DNA of 39,431 nt, from NCBI GenBank assembly GCA_031414955.1, contig JANOQV010000241.1, positions 1-39,431 of the forward strand, read 5' to 3'. The position numbers and the translations under genes are program-made. Shown here in pieces: positions 27,704 through 36,752 of this stretch. The notes below the pieces were generated by a model. The model was not told where the DNA came from and made no database searches. It worked only from the letters and a program-made list of their open reading frames with translations. The number at the start of each line of letters is the position of its first letter. Position 1 is the stretch's first letter. The DNA is from Pedosphaera sp. GTDB lineage: Bacteria > Verrucomicrobiota > Verrucomicrobiia > Limisphaerales > SIBH01.

Positions 27704-30001
27704 ATGGCGCATGCGAAGTCCATTTCCACGGCGACAGAACCGCCGGGTTGCCTGGTGCAAACCGTGGCGGAAGCGATGCGCCGCGCACCGGCGCTGGAGG
27801 CCGTGCGAATCGATCATGGTCAGCAGTCCATCTCGCTGGCCACGATGGGACGGCCCAATCCTGAGATCGAGGGTGTCCTCACCCGGCAGATTCGCGCTTT
27901 GCAAGCGCAGTCGCCCGGTTGCCGGCTGCTGGAAGGCGAGCCGAATTGTGACACCTGCGGCCTGAGCTTCGATCCCGAACTGAAGAAGTCGCTCAACGTC
28001 CTGCAGGAACCAACGGCGATCACGATTGCGCGGCTGACCTGTCCGACCGCGCCCCGCTTTTGGAAATGGCACGCCTTGCCCTTCCCGAAAGTCGTGCCAC
28101 GGGTGGTGCATCTCGAGGATGAGGAAACGCATCTGCACGAGTGGAAGCAGCAACTCCTGGCGGCGGTGTTATGTGGCGGGCTGGCGCTGGCCGCCTGGGG
28201 GTTGGGCGGGGGTTGGGCGCGGCCGTTGTTCATCGCCGCTTATCTGGCCGGCGCATGGTTCACGGCCATTGAAGTCTGGGAGCACCTGCGCGAAGGCAAG
28301 GTCGATGTCCATTTTCTCATGCTGACCGTGGCGCTCGGCAGCGCGAGCATTGGCGCGTGGGGGGAAGGTTCCGCGTTGTTGTTTCTATTTTCGTTCTCGG
28401 GCGCGCTGGAACATTACGCGATGGGCCGGACGCAGCGGGAAATCTCCTCCCTCTTCAAGTCCGCCCCGAAGTCTGCGACCGTGCTGGATGACCGGCAGGC
28501 CGAGCGAGTCGTCCCGGTCGAGCAACTGCTGGCCGGGATGAAGCTGCTGGTCAAACCCGGCGATCAATTCCCGGTGGATGCCGAACTCAGCTCGGGCGCG
28601 ACGGCGGCGGATGAATCCAATCTCACCGGCGAGGCCGCGCCGGTGGACAAGCGGGTGGGCGACACGGTGCTGGCGGGTACGATTAACTTGTGGGGCGCGG
28701 TCGAGGCCGTCGTGCTGCGCCCGGCCAGTCAGAGCGCTTTGCAGAAAATCATCCGGCTGATCAAGGAGGCGCAACATCTCAAGGCTCCGGCGCAACGCTT
28801 CACGGACAAGTTCGGCACCAATTACACTTACACGATCCTGTCGCTCACGGTCGTGATGTTTTTCGTGTGGTGGCTGGGGCTGCGCCTTCCGCCCTTTGCC
28901 AGCACGGCGGAGACGCACAGCGCGTTCTACCAGGCGATGACCTTGCTGGTCGTGGCCTCGCCGTGTGCGCTCGTGCTGTCCATCCCGAGCGCCGTGCTGG
29001 CGGCCATCGCCAGCGGGGCGCGGCGGGGCATTTTATTTCGCGGCGGAGCGGCGGTGGAAAATTTGGCCCGCACGCAAGTGGTGGCCATGGACAAGACCGG
29101 GACGCTGACGACCGGCGAGTTGCGCGTCGAAGCGGTGGAGAGTTTCCCGCCCGGCCGGGAGCGGGAGATCGCCGCCCTGGCCTATTCGCTTGAACGCCTG
29201 TCCACCCATCCGCTGGCGCGAGCGATCACGCGCCACGGCAAGGGGCAGGGGTTGGAGGTGCTCGCCTTGGAGAAGTTTGAATCGGTGACGGGGCAGGGAT
29301 TGCGCGCGGATTGGCAGTCCCAGCCTCTGTTGCTGGGACGGCGCGAATGGGTCATGGCTGGAGCCAGGTCGCAGTCGGCGGAATCAAGTTCGCGCCAGTT
29401 TGGGGTTTCGGAAGTGTGGATTGCCCACGGCGGACTGCTCGGTCGCATCACCTTGCGCGACGATATCCGACCGGAGGCCCGGGCGGTGGTGGACGAACTG
29501 CGTGTTCGTGGGCTGCATACGGTCGTGCTCACCGGCGATCACGCGGAGGCCGCCGAACATTTGCGGACCAAGCTCGATGTGGACGAAGTGCGCGCCAGCC
29601 TGAAGCCCGATCAAAAGGTCGCGGCCATCCGCGAGTTCGCGAAGCGTGGTCTGCGCGTGGTCATGATCGGCGACGGCGTGAACGATGCGCCCAGCCTGGC
29701 CGCGGCTGACATTGGCGTGGCCATGGGCGCGCGCGGTTCCGACGCCGCGCTGGAGCAGGCCGAGGTGGTGTTGATGCACGACCGGTTGGAAAATTTCCTG
29801 GCCGCGCTCAAGCTGAGTTGTCGCGCCCGGGCCATCATCCGGCAAAATCTGATTCTCTCCCTTGGCACGGTCGTGGTGCTGGTGGTATTCGCCATCCTTG
29901 GAAAAATCCCTCTCACGCTCGGCGTGGTCGGTCACGAAGGCAGCACGGTCATCGTGGTCTTGAACAGTCTGCGCTTGCTGCTGCGCGAGGGACGTGGATG
30001 A
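27704..30001 (+). CDS. Heavy-metal P1B-type ATPase, P1B-4 signature
   Basis: TGE, SPC, DKTGT, HP, GDGVNDAP, HEGST. Start could instead be TTG 27662 or GTG 27701. Confidence 0.92.
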   Translation: MAHAKSISTATEPPGCLVQTVAEAMRRAPALEAVRIDHGQQSISLATMGRPNPEIEGVLTRQIRALQAQSPGCRLLEGEPNCDTCGLSFDPELKKSLNVLQEPTAITIARLTCPTAPRFWKWHALPFPKVVPRVVHLEDEETHLHEWKQQLLAAVLCGGLALAAWGLGGGWARPLFIAAYLAGAWFTAIEVWEHLREGKVDVHFLMLTVALGSASIGAWGEGSALLFLFSFSGALEHYAMGRTQREISSLFKSAPKSATVLDDRQAERVVPVEQLLAGMKLLVKPGDQFPVDAELSSGATAADESNLTGEAAPVDKRVGDTVLAGTINLWGAVEAVVLRPASQSALQKIIRLIKEAQHLKAPAQRFTDKFGTNYTYTILSLTVVMFFVWWLGLRLPPFASTAETHSAFYQAMTLLVVASPCALVLSIPSAVLAAIASGARRGILFRGGAAVENLARTQVVAMDKTGTLTTGELRVEAVESFPPGREREIAALAYSLERLSTHPLARAITRHGKGQGLEVLALEKFESVTGQGLRADWQSQPLLLGRREWVMAGARSQSAESSSRQFGVSEVWIAHGGLLGRITLRDDIRPEARAVVDELRVRGLHTVVLTGDHAEAAEHLRTKLDVDEVRASLKPDQKVAAIREFAKRGLRVVMIGDGVNDAPSLAAADIGVAMGARGSDAALEQAEVVLMHDRLENFLAALKLSCRARAIIRQNLILSLGTVVVLVVFAILGKIPLTLGVVGHEGSTVIVVLNSLRLLLREGRG

Positions 30002-30016
30002 GGCCTGGAGGCCGGC

Positions 30017-33000
30017 TTACTTGTTGGTCGCGAGCAGTTGCTGGAAGTCGGCGTTGCCCTTGAGCGAGGCGAACCGGAGGTCGCCGGCGATGGTCGGGGC
30101 GATGTTGGGCTGCGAGGCGTTGGTCTTGAGGCGCGCCTTGTTCAGGCTCAACGCTTCGCGCAGGGTGGAGATGGCTTCCTTCTGTTTGTTCTGCACGGCC
30201 TGCGCGGCGGCGTAGTCAAGCCAGGCTTCGGGGGTGGGCTTGATGGTGGTCCAGCGGGCCAGCGCCTTCTCCAGCTTCGGAAAATCCGTCAACTGCTGGT
30301 AGATTTGCGCGGCCAGGCTGATCATCTGCTCGTCCGATTTTGGGTTGGCGATGATTTCGTCGGCCAGGCGGAGGACATCTCCTGTACGACCAGTCGAGGC
30401 GTAGAACTGCGCAAGGGCGAAGGCGTCCTGGAAGTTGCCTGGGTTCTTTTTGTAGGCGGCTTCGAGTTTTGCGCCGTTGGGGTCGGCGGCGGGCGGCGGG
30501 GTGGCGGCACCGGCACCGGGTCCGCCTTTGAGGCGTTTGAGTTCCACGATGAGATTCACCAAGCCGGCGTTGTTCGGATCCACTTTCACGGAGGTCTCCG
30601 CCAGCAGGATGGCGTCGTCGAAGCGGCGCGCGCCGGCCAGGACTTGCACGTAGCGGTAGAGCGCCTCGGGGCTGTAGGGGCAGAAGGCGAAGGCCTGCTT
30701 GAAGGCGAAGTCGGCTTCCTTGAAGACGCGACGGTAGGATTCGAGGATGCGCTTCTGGTCCACCGTCAGCGAATTAGTGGGCATCTGCTCAAATTGCATC
30801 GCGCCCTGCTCGGCCAGCTTGGTCAGACGCCAGGCATAGACGCCGGCGATGGAGCTGCGCAGCTTGGAGAAGGCTTTCTGGCCGTCGTCATCGCGGACGA
30901 AGCGCGGGTCGCCGGTGAAGCCGCGGAAATCCTTGTTCACATACACGCGCTCGGCGAACTGGGTGATGTTCGAGATGGGCGTGTCGTAGGTGATCCAGTT
31001 GCCGATGAGGCGCTCGGAATAATCGCTCCAGAAGTTGTGATCCTTGTCCAGGATGTCCTGGGTCAACTCGGCCAGGGGCTGGCGGTTGATCTTCATGATG
31101 ACGCCGAAGGGCGTGAGGTGCGGATACATCCACTCGAGTGGAAAACTTTCCTCGACGTAGAATTCGTTGGTCGGGTTTTTCTCGAAGATGACCTTGGCCA
31201 ACAGGGCGTTGATGGCCATGACCGCGACCTGACCGGAGACCTGGACCTTGTTGTCCACCACGCGCACGTCTTCGCCGGGTCGGAGCGCGCCCTTGGCCAT
31301 GCGGGCCTGGGCGTCGGCCATGTATTCGGAAAAGCAGCGCTGCGAATCCTCGTTGGAAGGCGTGTTGATTTCCACTGGCGGATAGACTCCGCGGGCACGG
31401 CGTTCCTTCTCGATGCGGGCACCGTTGTTCATAAAGAAACTATCCAGCGGCACCGCGACCATTTTGGCCAGGAGGTTGGTCTTGAAGTTCAACTCGCGCT
31501 CCTTCTGGCTGCGGAACAACTCGCCGAAGAACGGAATGTCCGGCTCGGTGCTGCGGTTGTAATGCGCGCGGATGTATTGCAGGTAGGTGCCGTCGGCCAG
31601 CGCGTTCTGGGTGATGATGTAAACGTCGCGGCGATCGAACTCGGGATCGCGGCGGTCCTTGGGCGCGATGAAGCTCTCGCAGAAAATCATGTAGGTCGGG
31701 CAGAAGCGGCCGGGGTCAGTGCCGCCGAAGAGGATCGTGTCGCGCGCCATCTCGGGATAGATCTTGGCCTTGCCCTCGGGCGTCTTCATCAGCTCTTCAC
31801 GCTCGGCGCGGGCATACTTGAGCGTGCCGTCTTTGCCCTTGTAGGGCGGGGTGAACATGTCGTGGCCGAAGTAGAAGCCAAACAAGTGGCCGCGCTGTTC
31901 GTTTTCCGACCAGTGGGCCGCGATGGTCCAGACGGGCATGAGAAAGGCCAGCCCCAGCAGCACGGCCAGTGGCGCTTTCTGCCGGGCGGCGAGCACCGCC
32001 AAAGCCCCGAGCAAGGCCAGTCCGAAACCCCAGACGGAGGCGAAACGCAGAATCCAATACGGCGTTTCGCCGTAGGTCTTGAGCACGCCGAAGACCAGCG
32101 ATCCCGTCGCCAGCACGCTGAAGCTGATCAGCGCGTAGCGCCGGTACTTCTGATACTGCGTCACCAGTGTGGCCAGCGTGAGGGTCAGGCCGTATCCGAT
32201 GGCGAGGGTGATGATGAAGTGCGAGGCGATGAAGAATGGTTTGTTCAACGACACGCTTTGCCGGTCCGGCGCGGGGTTGAACAGTTCGAGCAGGAACGGT
32301 CCCAGCACGAGGTAGAAGGCCAGCAACCCGATCAGCCAGGCGCGCTCGCGCGGTTGCAGTTTGCGGAAGAAGAGCAGCGGCACCAGACCCAGCAGCAAAT
32401 AGCCCAGGCTGAATTCCTCCATCGGGCCTTCCACGAGGAACGACTTGCACTGCTGCGCGTAGCGGGTCACCCAGGACACGGTTTGCTCGACGATGTTGTT
32501 GCCCGTGCCCGCCGTGGGATGAATGCGCTCGTACTGGCCGCGGGTGAAGGCGTGGACGAAGCCGTTCACGGTGCGGGGATAACCCCAGTTCAACGGCGGG
32601 TTCGTCATCGAGGCCAGCGGCATGTAGAGGTAGAAGGCCGCGCCGATGATGAAAAAGACTCCCGTGCCCAGCGCCTTGCGCCAGTGCGGCATCCAGGGCA
32701 GGGGCTGCTTGTTGAACCAGAAATAAAGATCCAGCGCCGTGTAAACCGCCACCACCACGCCGACCCCGACCATCATGCCGGACATGCCCTTGAACCAGAG
32801 AAAGCCGATGGCGACTTTGGCTAGGATAACATCACGAACCAAATCCGCGCCGTTGGCCCGGGTGCGGATGGAGAGCCAGATCCAGCCGAGAATCGAGCCG
32901 ATGCCGACCAGCGTGTAAACGACCATGACGGGCGTGTTGCCGCTGAGCAGCGAGAGTTCGCCTTTGCCCTTGAGGATGAGGCCCATGATGTAAGCCACCC

Positions 33001-33745
33001 CGTTCCAGAAGAGCATGGACCGACCCAGCTTGGCCTGCACCAGCACGATCAGAATCTCCATCGCGATGGTGATGACCAGGAGCGATTGATGGTTGTTGAA
33101 GGCGATGCCGCAGAGGAACCAGGCCAGGTAAAGATACCGGTACTGGTTCGGCGCATACGACCAGTGCAGCAGGCAGACCAGCACGCCGGTGATGGAAAGC
33201 ATGCTCAATGAATACACCTCCACGATGACCGACTGGCTCCACATGAAGCCGTTGAAGGCGATGATCAGCGCGGAGACGAAGCCGCTCGCCAGGCAAATCC
33301 AGTTCTCCACCTTGCGCTCGATGCCCTTCAAGTCCGCCACGCTCTCGATGAACATGCTGCTGCCGCGCGAGACCATCAGCGCCACCAGCCCGCAGGCCAG
33401 CGCGCCGGCAAAGGCCGACGACACGCCCACCCGCCAGGCGATGTTCGAGAAGGGAACAATCTTCGTGAAAAGCCAGGTGTAGATGGTCCACACCGGGTAG
33501 CCGGGCGGATGCGGCACGCCGGCATACATCGAGCCGACGGCCATTTCGCCGGAGTCCTCCAGCGTCAGATCCGGAGCCAGCGTGTACATGTAGCCGACGA
33601 ACACGAGCAACGAGGAGAGGATGAATCCAATCCAGTCGATGCGTCGGAAAAGGGGCGGCGCTTTGGGCGTCGTCGTGGTCGGAGTTGGGGCCGGCGCAGC
33701 AGAAAGGTTCGCCGCCGTGGGGCGTTTCGGAGATTCAGAAGCCAT
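30017..33745 (-). CDS. DUF2723 / TMEM260-like GT-C membrane glycosyltransferase with large soluble domain and TPRs
   Basis: EDSGE and GVPHPPGYP near the N-terminus, WSQSVIVEVY, NHQS, YLYMPL..S..NPPLNWG. Many TM helices, then a soluble domain and TPR-like helices. Confidence 0.87.
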   Translation of the reverse strand: MASESPKRPTAANLSAAPAPTPTTTTPKAPPLFRRIDWIGFILSSLLVFVGYMYTLAPDLTLEDSGEMAVGSMYAGVPHPPGYPVWTIYTWLFTKIVPFSNIAWRVGVSSAFAGALACGLVALMVSRGSSMFIESVADLKGIERKVENWICLASGFVSALIIAFNGFMWSQSVIVEVYSLSMLSITGVLVCLLHWSYAPNQYRYLYLAWFLCGIAFNNHQSLLVITIAMEILIVLVQAKLGRSMLFWNGVAYIMGLILKGKGELSLLSGNTPVMVVYTLVGIGSILGWIWLSIRTRANGADLVRDVILAKVAIGFLWFKGMSGMMVGVGVVVAVYTALDLYFWFNKQPLPWMPHWRKALGTGVFFIIGAAFYLYMPLASMTNPPLNWGYPRTVNGFVHAFTRGQYERIHPTAGTGNNIVEQTVSWVTRYAQQCKSFLVEGPMEEFSLGYLLLGLVPLLFFRKLQPRERAWLIGLLAFYLVLGPFLLELFNPAPDRQSVSLNKPFFIASHFIITLAIGYGLTLTLATLVTQYQKYRRYALISFSVLATGSLVFGVLKTYGETPYWILRFASVWGFGLALLGALAVLAARQKAPLAVLLGLAFLMPVWTIAAHWSENEQRGHLFGFYFGHDMFTPPYKGKDGTLKYARAEREELMKTPEGKAKIYPEMARDTILFGGTDPGRFCPTYMIFCESFIAPKDRRDPEFDRRDVYIITQNALADGTYLQYIRAHYNRSTEPDIPFFGELFRSQKERELNFKTNLLAKMVAVPLDSFFMNNGARIEKERRARGVYPPVEINTPSNEDSQRCFSEYMADAQARMAKGALRPGEDVRVVDNKVQVSGQVAVMAINALLAKVIFEKNPTNEFYVEESFPLEWMYPHLTPFGVIMKINRQPLAELTQDILDKDHNFWSDYSERLIGNWITYDTPISNITQFAERVYVNKDFRGFTGDPRFVRDDDGQKAFSKLRSSIAGVYAWRLTKLAEQGAMQFEQMPTNSLTVDQKRILESYRRVFKEADFAFKQAFAFCPYSPEALYRYVQVLAGARRFDDAILLAETSVKVDPNNAGLVNLIVELKRLKGGPGAGAATPPPAADPNGAKLEAAYKKNPGNFQDAFALAQFYASTGRTGDVLRLADEIIANPKSDEQMISLAAQIYQQLTDFPKLEKALARWTTIKPTPEAWLDYAAAQAVQNKQKEAISTLREALSLNKARLKTNASQPNIAPTIAGDLRFASLKGNADFQQLLATNK

Positions 33746-33748
33746 AAA

Positions 33749-34141
33749 TCAATGCACAGGACGATTCGTGTTCAACAAGTCAAAAGAGCGCACACTTGAG
33801 CCGACCCCGCTGTCGTTTGTCCAACCCAAAATCGGGGCGCTGAAGGTGTTGTGTGGGGCCGTGGCCATGGCGAGCGAGGCAAGATGGTTGCTTAACGGGG
33901 CGAACTGCATGGTGATCATGTGCCCCCCGGGCGAGTGCGTCAGGTTCAGCACGGTGAACATCAAGGTCGCGCTGGCTGCGAGGCTGACGCCCAGCGTCTG
34001 ATACCAGGGCAGGGCGATGGTGCGCGGCCGGACTTCCTGCTCCTGACCCGCGGCTCCAAACAGCGACTGCTCAATGCGCGGGGAGGGACGCCGGGGCGTC
34101 CACGAGCGCATCTGCTCTTCCAACGAATTCGGTGTCTTCAT
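33749..34141 (-). CDS. Putative membrane anti-sigma factor
   Basis: 130 aa. Short N-terminal LEEQMRSWTPRRPS segment followed by one hydrophobic segment. Overlaps the ECF sigma 3' end; its stop is 3 bp from the DUF2723 start. Confidence 0.6.
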   Translation of the reverse strand: MKTPNSLEEQMRSWTPRRPSPRIEQSLFGAAGQEQEVRPRTIALPWYQTLGVSLAASATLMFTVLNLTHSPGGHMITMQFAPLSNHLASLAMATAPHNTFSAPILGWTNDSGVGSSVRSFDLLNTNRPVH

Positions 34142-34604
34142 AATTCTGCTCCTTCAAACAAGTCCGCAGCTTTTCCATTCCGTAGCGATACCGGCCCGCC
34201 ACTGTGTTCGGCGACGTCTCCAGTAAAGCGCCAATCTCCTCGAAGGTGTGCTCGTGCCAGATTTTTAACACGATGACTTCACGCTGGTCCGGCGGGAGCT
34301 TTTGCAGGCAGCGCAGCGCGGCCCGCTCCTGCGGCGTTTCGTGTTCGGTGCGCTCGAACCAGGTTTTGGACTCCAGTTCCCGCGTCCACCTTCGCAATAG
34401 CCCCCGCTTGTAGTTCAGCGCCCGGTTCCGGAACCCGCGGATGCAGTAATGCAGCCCGTTTTCCGGCTCCCGCTCCATCTTCAGCAACGCCATGAAGGTT
34501 TCCTGCACCACATCCTCCGCCTCACCGTGACTCAGGCCCAGCGCGCGTCCATACAGCAGGAGTTCGCTCGCCTTTGCCTCATAGAGTTGCTTTTGCCAGT
34601 CCAC
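34071..34604 (-). CDS. ECF sigma-70 factor
   Basis: Region 2 EAEDVVQETF; region 4 LPPDQREVIVLKIWHEHTFEEIGALLETSPNTVAGRYRYG. Confidence 0.92.
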   Translation of the reverse strand: MDWQKQLYEAKASELLLYGRALGLSHGEAEDVVQETFMALLKMEREPENGLHYCIRGFRNRALNYKRGLLRRWTRELESKTWFERTEHETPQERAALRCLQKLPPDQREVIVLKIWHEHTFEEIGALLETSPNTVAGRYRYGMEKLRTCLKEQNYEDTEFVGRADALVDAPASLPAH

Positions 34605-34621
34605 AGCTTGTTTTCACCCGA

Positions 34622-34648
34622 TAGACACCATCGGGTCGGGGATTTGTA
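34622..34648 (-). promoter_or_regulatory. Candidate ECF autoregulatory promoter
   Basis: Minus strand TACAA-N16-TGTCTA, about 18 bp before the sigma GTG start. The -10 lies in the loop of the inverted repeat ACCCGAT/ATCGGGT (34616-34636). Confidence 0.4.
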
Positions 34649-35026
34649 TAATGTTTTTCAACTTCCGGCGATTCGATTCTCAGCCGAGTGGAGAGAGCCA
34701 GGCGGTCGCGAACTGGTCTGCCCTATTCCGGGAAAATCAAATAAGTCCAAACGCCACGACCTTTTTGCCCAAAGCCATCGGAGCGGACGTTGCGTCTGGC
34801 GGCCGATCCCCCCAACCCGTCGTCCGCCCGGACAGTTGTTTTCCCCACCGGCTCTTTACGCCCCGCTCCGGCCGCGAGACCACAGGTCAATTGGTTTGCC
34901 TTCGTTCACTTGGACGCGGCTGCGCCTGAAGATCGCCCTCTACCAACGGTTTCAAGATGCATCCTTATTACCCGCGCCTGGCCTTTGTTGTTTGCAGCCG
35001 GATGCTGCCTCTGAAATTATCCCGAC

Positions 35027-35866
35027 GTGAATCCGTTGCACTGCCCTTTTGTGATCTTGATCCGCCATCGGTCACGACTCTGCGCGCTGGCCTGGTTCGC
35101 GTCTCTGCTGCTGGTTTTCTGCGCGGCGCAGGCCGCCCAGTTTGTCGAAGTCACGGCAGATCTCGAGGTCACAAGCTGGCGGTATCAAGAGGAGACCGGG
35201 CTGCCGTTAAAGAACATCCGGAACTTCTCCGTGCGATGTGTGGTGGGCACGAACACCTGGCTCATCGAGCGCCACACTACCAACACCGCGCCGGAGAGCG
35301 TTTGGTTCGTGGAGGGCAAAATCGTCCGGCTCACCGCTCCCAGCTTCGACACCGCTCCTTCCGTCCCGGACGATTCGGGATTTCAATCCACGCGCCGGGC
35401 CACCCGCTACTTGAACATCCTTGCCGCCGCCGATGGCTATCCCGCTGGCGACCTGTTTCTGAACCTCCCGTGGTTCGCCTTCTGCTCCGGTCCCTACCTC
35501 AAGCGTCCCGGACAGTCCGTGCCATTGCCCACGCCGCCGCAGGATCGTGCGGCCTTCGGTTTCCGGTCCGAGGTCACAACTTTTGCAGACAGCCTGGGCC
35601 TGCCTCGACGCGTCCAATTCTTCACTGGCCAGAAGCAGATCAAGTGCGACTACCAGGTGCAACAGTCCACCAACGTGCTCGGCTGGAACATCCCCACTGC
35701 CTTCACCGTGACTCAGAATGAGCCGAACAGCCTGGGCGTGTGGAGCAAGCAGCTTGCGGTGGCGGCCCGCGTCAAATCCATCCAGCCCGCGCCCGAGCCG
35801 TCTCCGCCCGAGGAAGTCCGGCAGCGCGTCGAGATCTGGGAACGGTATCCGACCAGGAGGAAGTGA
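35027..35866 (+). CDS. Hypothetical secreted protein
   Basis: 279-aa ORF with signal-peptide-like RLCALAWFASLLLVFCAAQAA. No family recognised. Confidence 0.65.
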   Translation: MNPLHCPFVILIRHRSRLCALAWFASLLLVFCAAQAAQFVEVTADLEVTSWRYQEETGLPLKNIRNFSVRCVVGTNTWLIERHTTNTAPESVWFVEGKIVRLTAPSFDTAPSVPDDSGFQSTRRATRYLNILAAADGYPAGDLFLNLPWFAFCSGPYLKRPGQSVPLPTPPQDRAAFGFRSEVTTFADSLGLPRRVQFFTGQKQIKCDYQVQQSTNVLGWNIPTAFTVTQNEPNSLGVWSKQLAVAARVKSIQPAPEPSPPEEVRQRVEIWERYPTRRK

Positions 35867-35962
35867 ATCGTCGCGCTGAAGCGACAGGCAGGCGGCCGCA
35901 CGACATGTTCCTGAATTCTTGAATGGCTGCTCGTAGCCGGAGCGTCTGGAACTGGCGTAACC

Positions 35963-36631
35963 ATGAATCTTCCGAGTTCACACCTTCGCCTCATTGCAGT
36001 GGTTGAGGTTTCTCCACGTCAGCTATCTCGGCTTTCACTGGTAATGGCTTGCTGCCTCGCTCTGGAAGTCGCGGCTCCGGCCGGAGAAGTGACCGGCAAG
36101 GTGACGGCGGCCGGTGGGCAGGCCCTGGCTGGAGCCTTGGTGCGTGTCGTATCCATCGTGCCATCCACGGCGGCGCTGCCGGCGCGACCGGCACCGGTCC
36201 TGACCATTCGCGCCGGACGACTGGAACCCCTCACACTTGTCGTCCTGACCAATGAGCCGTTCACGCTCACGAACACGAGCGAGGTGCTCTACAACGTCCA
36301 TTTTCGGTTCAAGGAGAGCATTGAGCGCAATCTTGGCATGGCCGGCCCGGCCGTGGATCGGAAGACCGTGCTGGTTCCGAAGGCTGAATTGTTTGCCCGC
36401 ATCTCCGAGGATCTCTACCGGCTGAATGGCCACGTCTGTGTTGTAGAGAACCCGTTCTACGCGCTGGCCGATGCTTCCGGCGCGTTTAAGCTGCCGGACT
36501 TGCCACCGGGCTCTTACACCGTGGAGGCGGCGCATCCTCGCACAGTTTCGGTGCGACGTGAGATCATCGTCACGGGCGCGAGCACGCCCTTGAATTTTGA
36601 TCTGCCCCTGAAGCGGGCGAATCCATTGTGA
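35963..36631 (+). CDS. Secreted carboxypeptidase-regulatory-like / cupredoxin-like domain protein
   Basis: GEVTGKV, YNVH, VVENPFYALADASGAFKLPDLPPGSYTVEAAHP. True start may be downstream (MACCL). Confidence 0.7.
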   Translation: MNLPSSHLRLIAVVEVSPRQLSRLSLVMACCLALEVAAPAGEVTGKVTAAGGQALAGALVRVVSIVPSTAALPARPAPVLTIRAGRLEPLTLVVLTNEPFTLTNTSEVLYNVHFRFKESIERNLGMAGPAVDRKTVLVPKAELFARISEDLYRLNGHVCVVENPFYALADASGAFKLPDLPPGSYTVEAAHPRTVSVRREIIVTGASTPLNFDLPLKRANPL

Positions 36632-36752
36632 AATATGAGCGGCCGCGCACCAATTCGTTTGAAATCGCCCTGACCGCGAAGGGAAGGATTACGGCCATCG
36701 CGCCCGGAGCTGAACCCCGGTTGGCCGCCGAGAATCGCAACCCGACTGGAAA

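Noticed and set aside
30038..32824. 928-aa plus-strand ORF
   Set aside because: Antisense shadow of the DUF2723 gene; no recognisable motifs.
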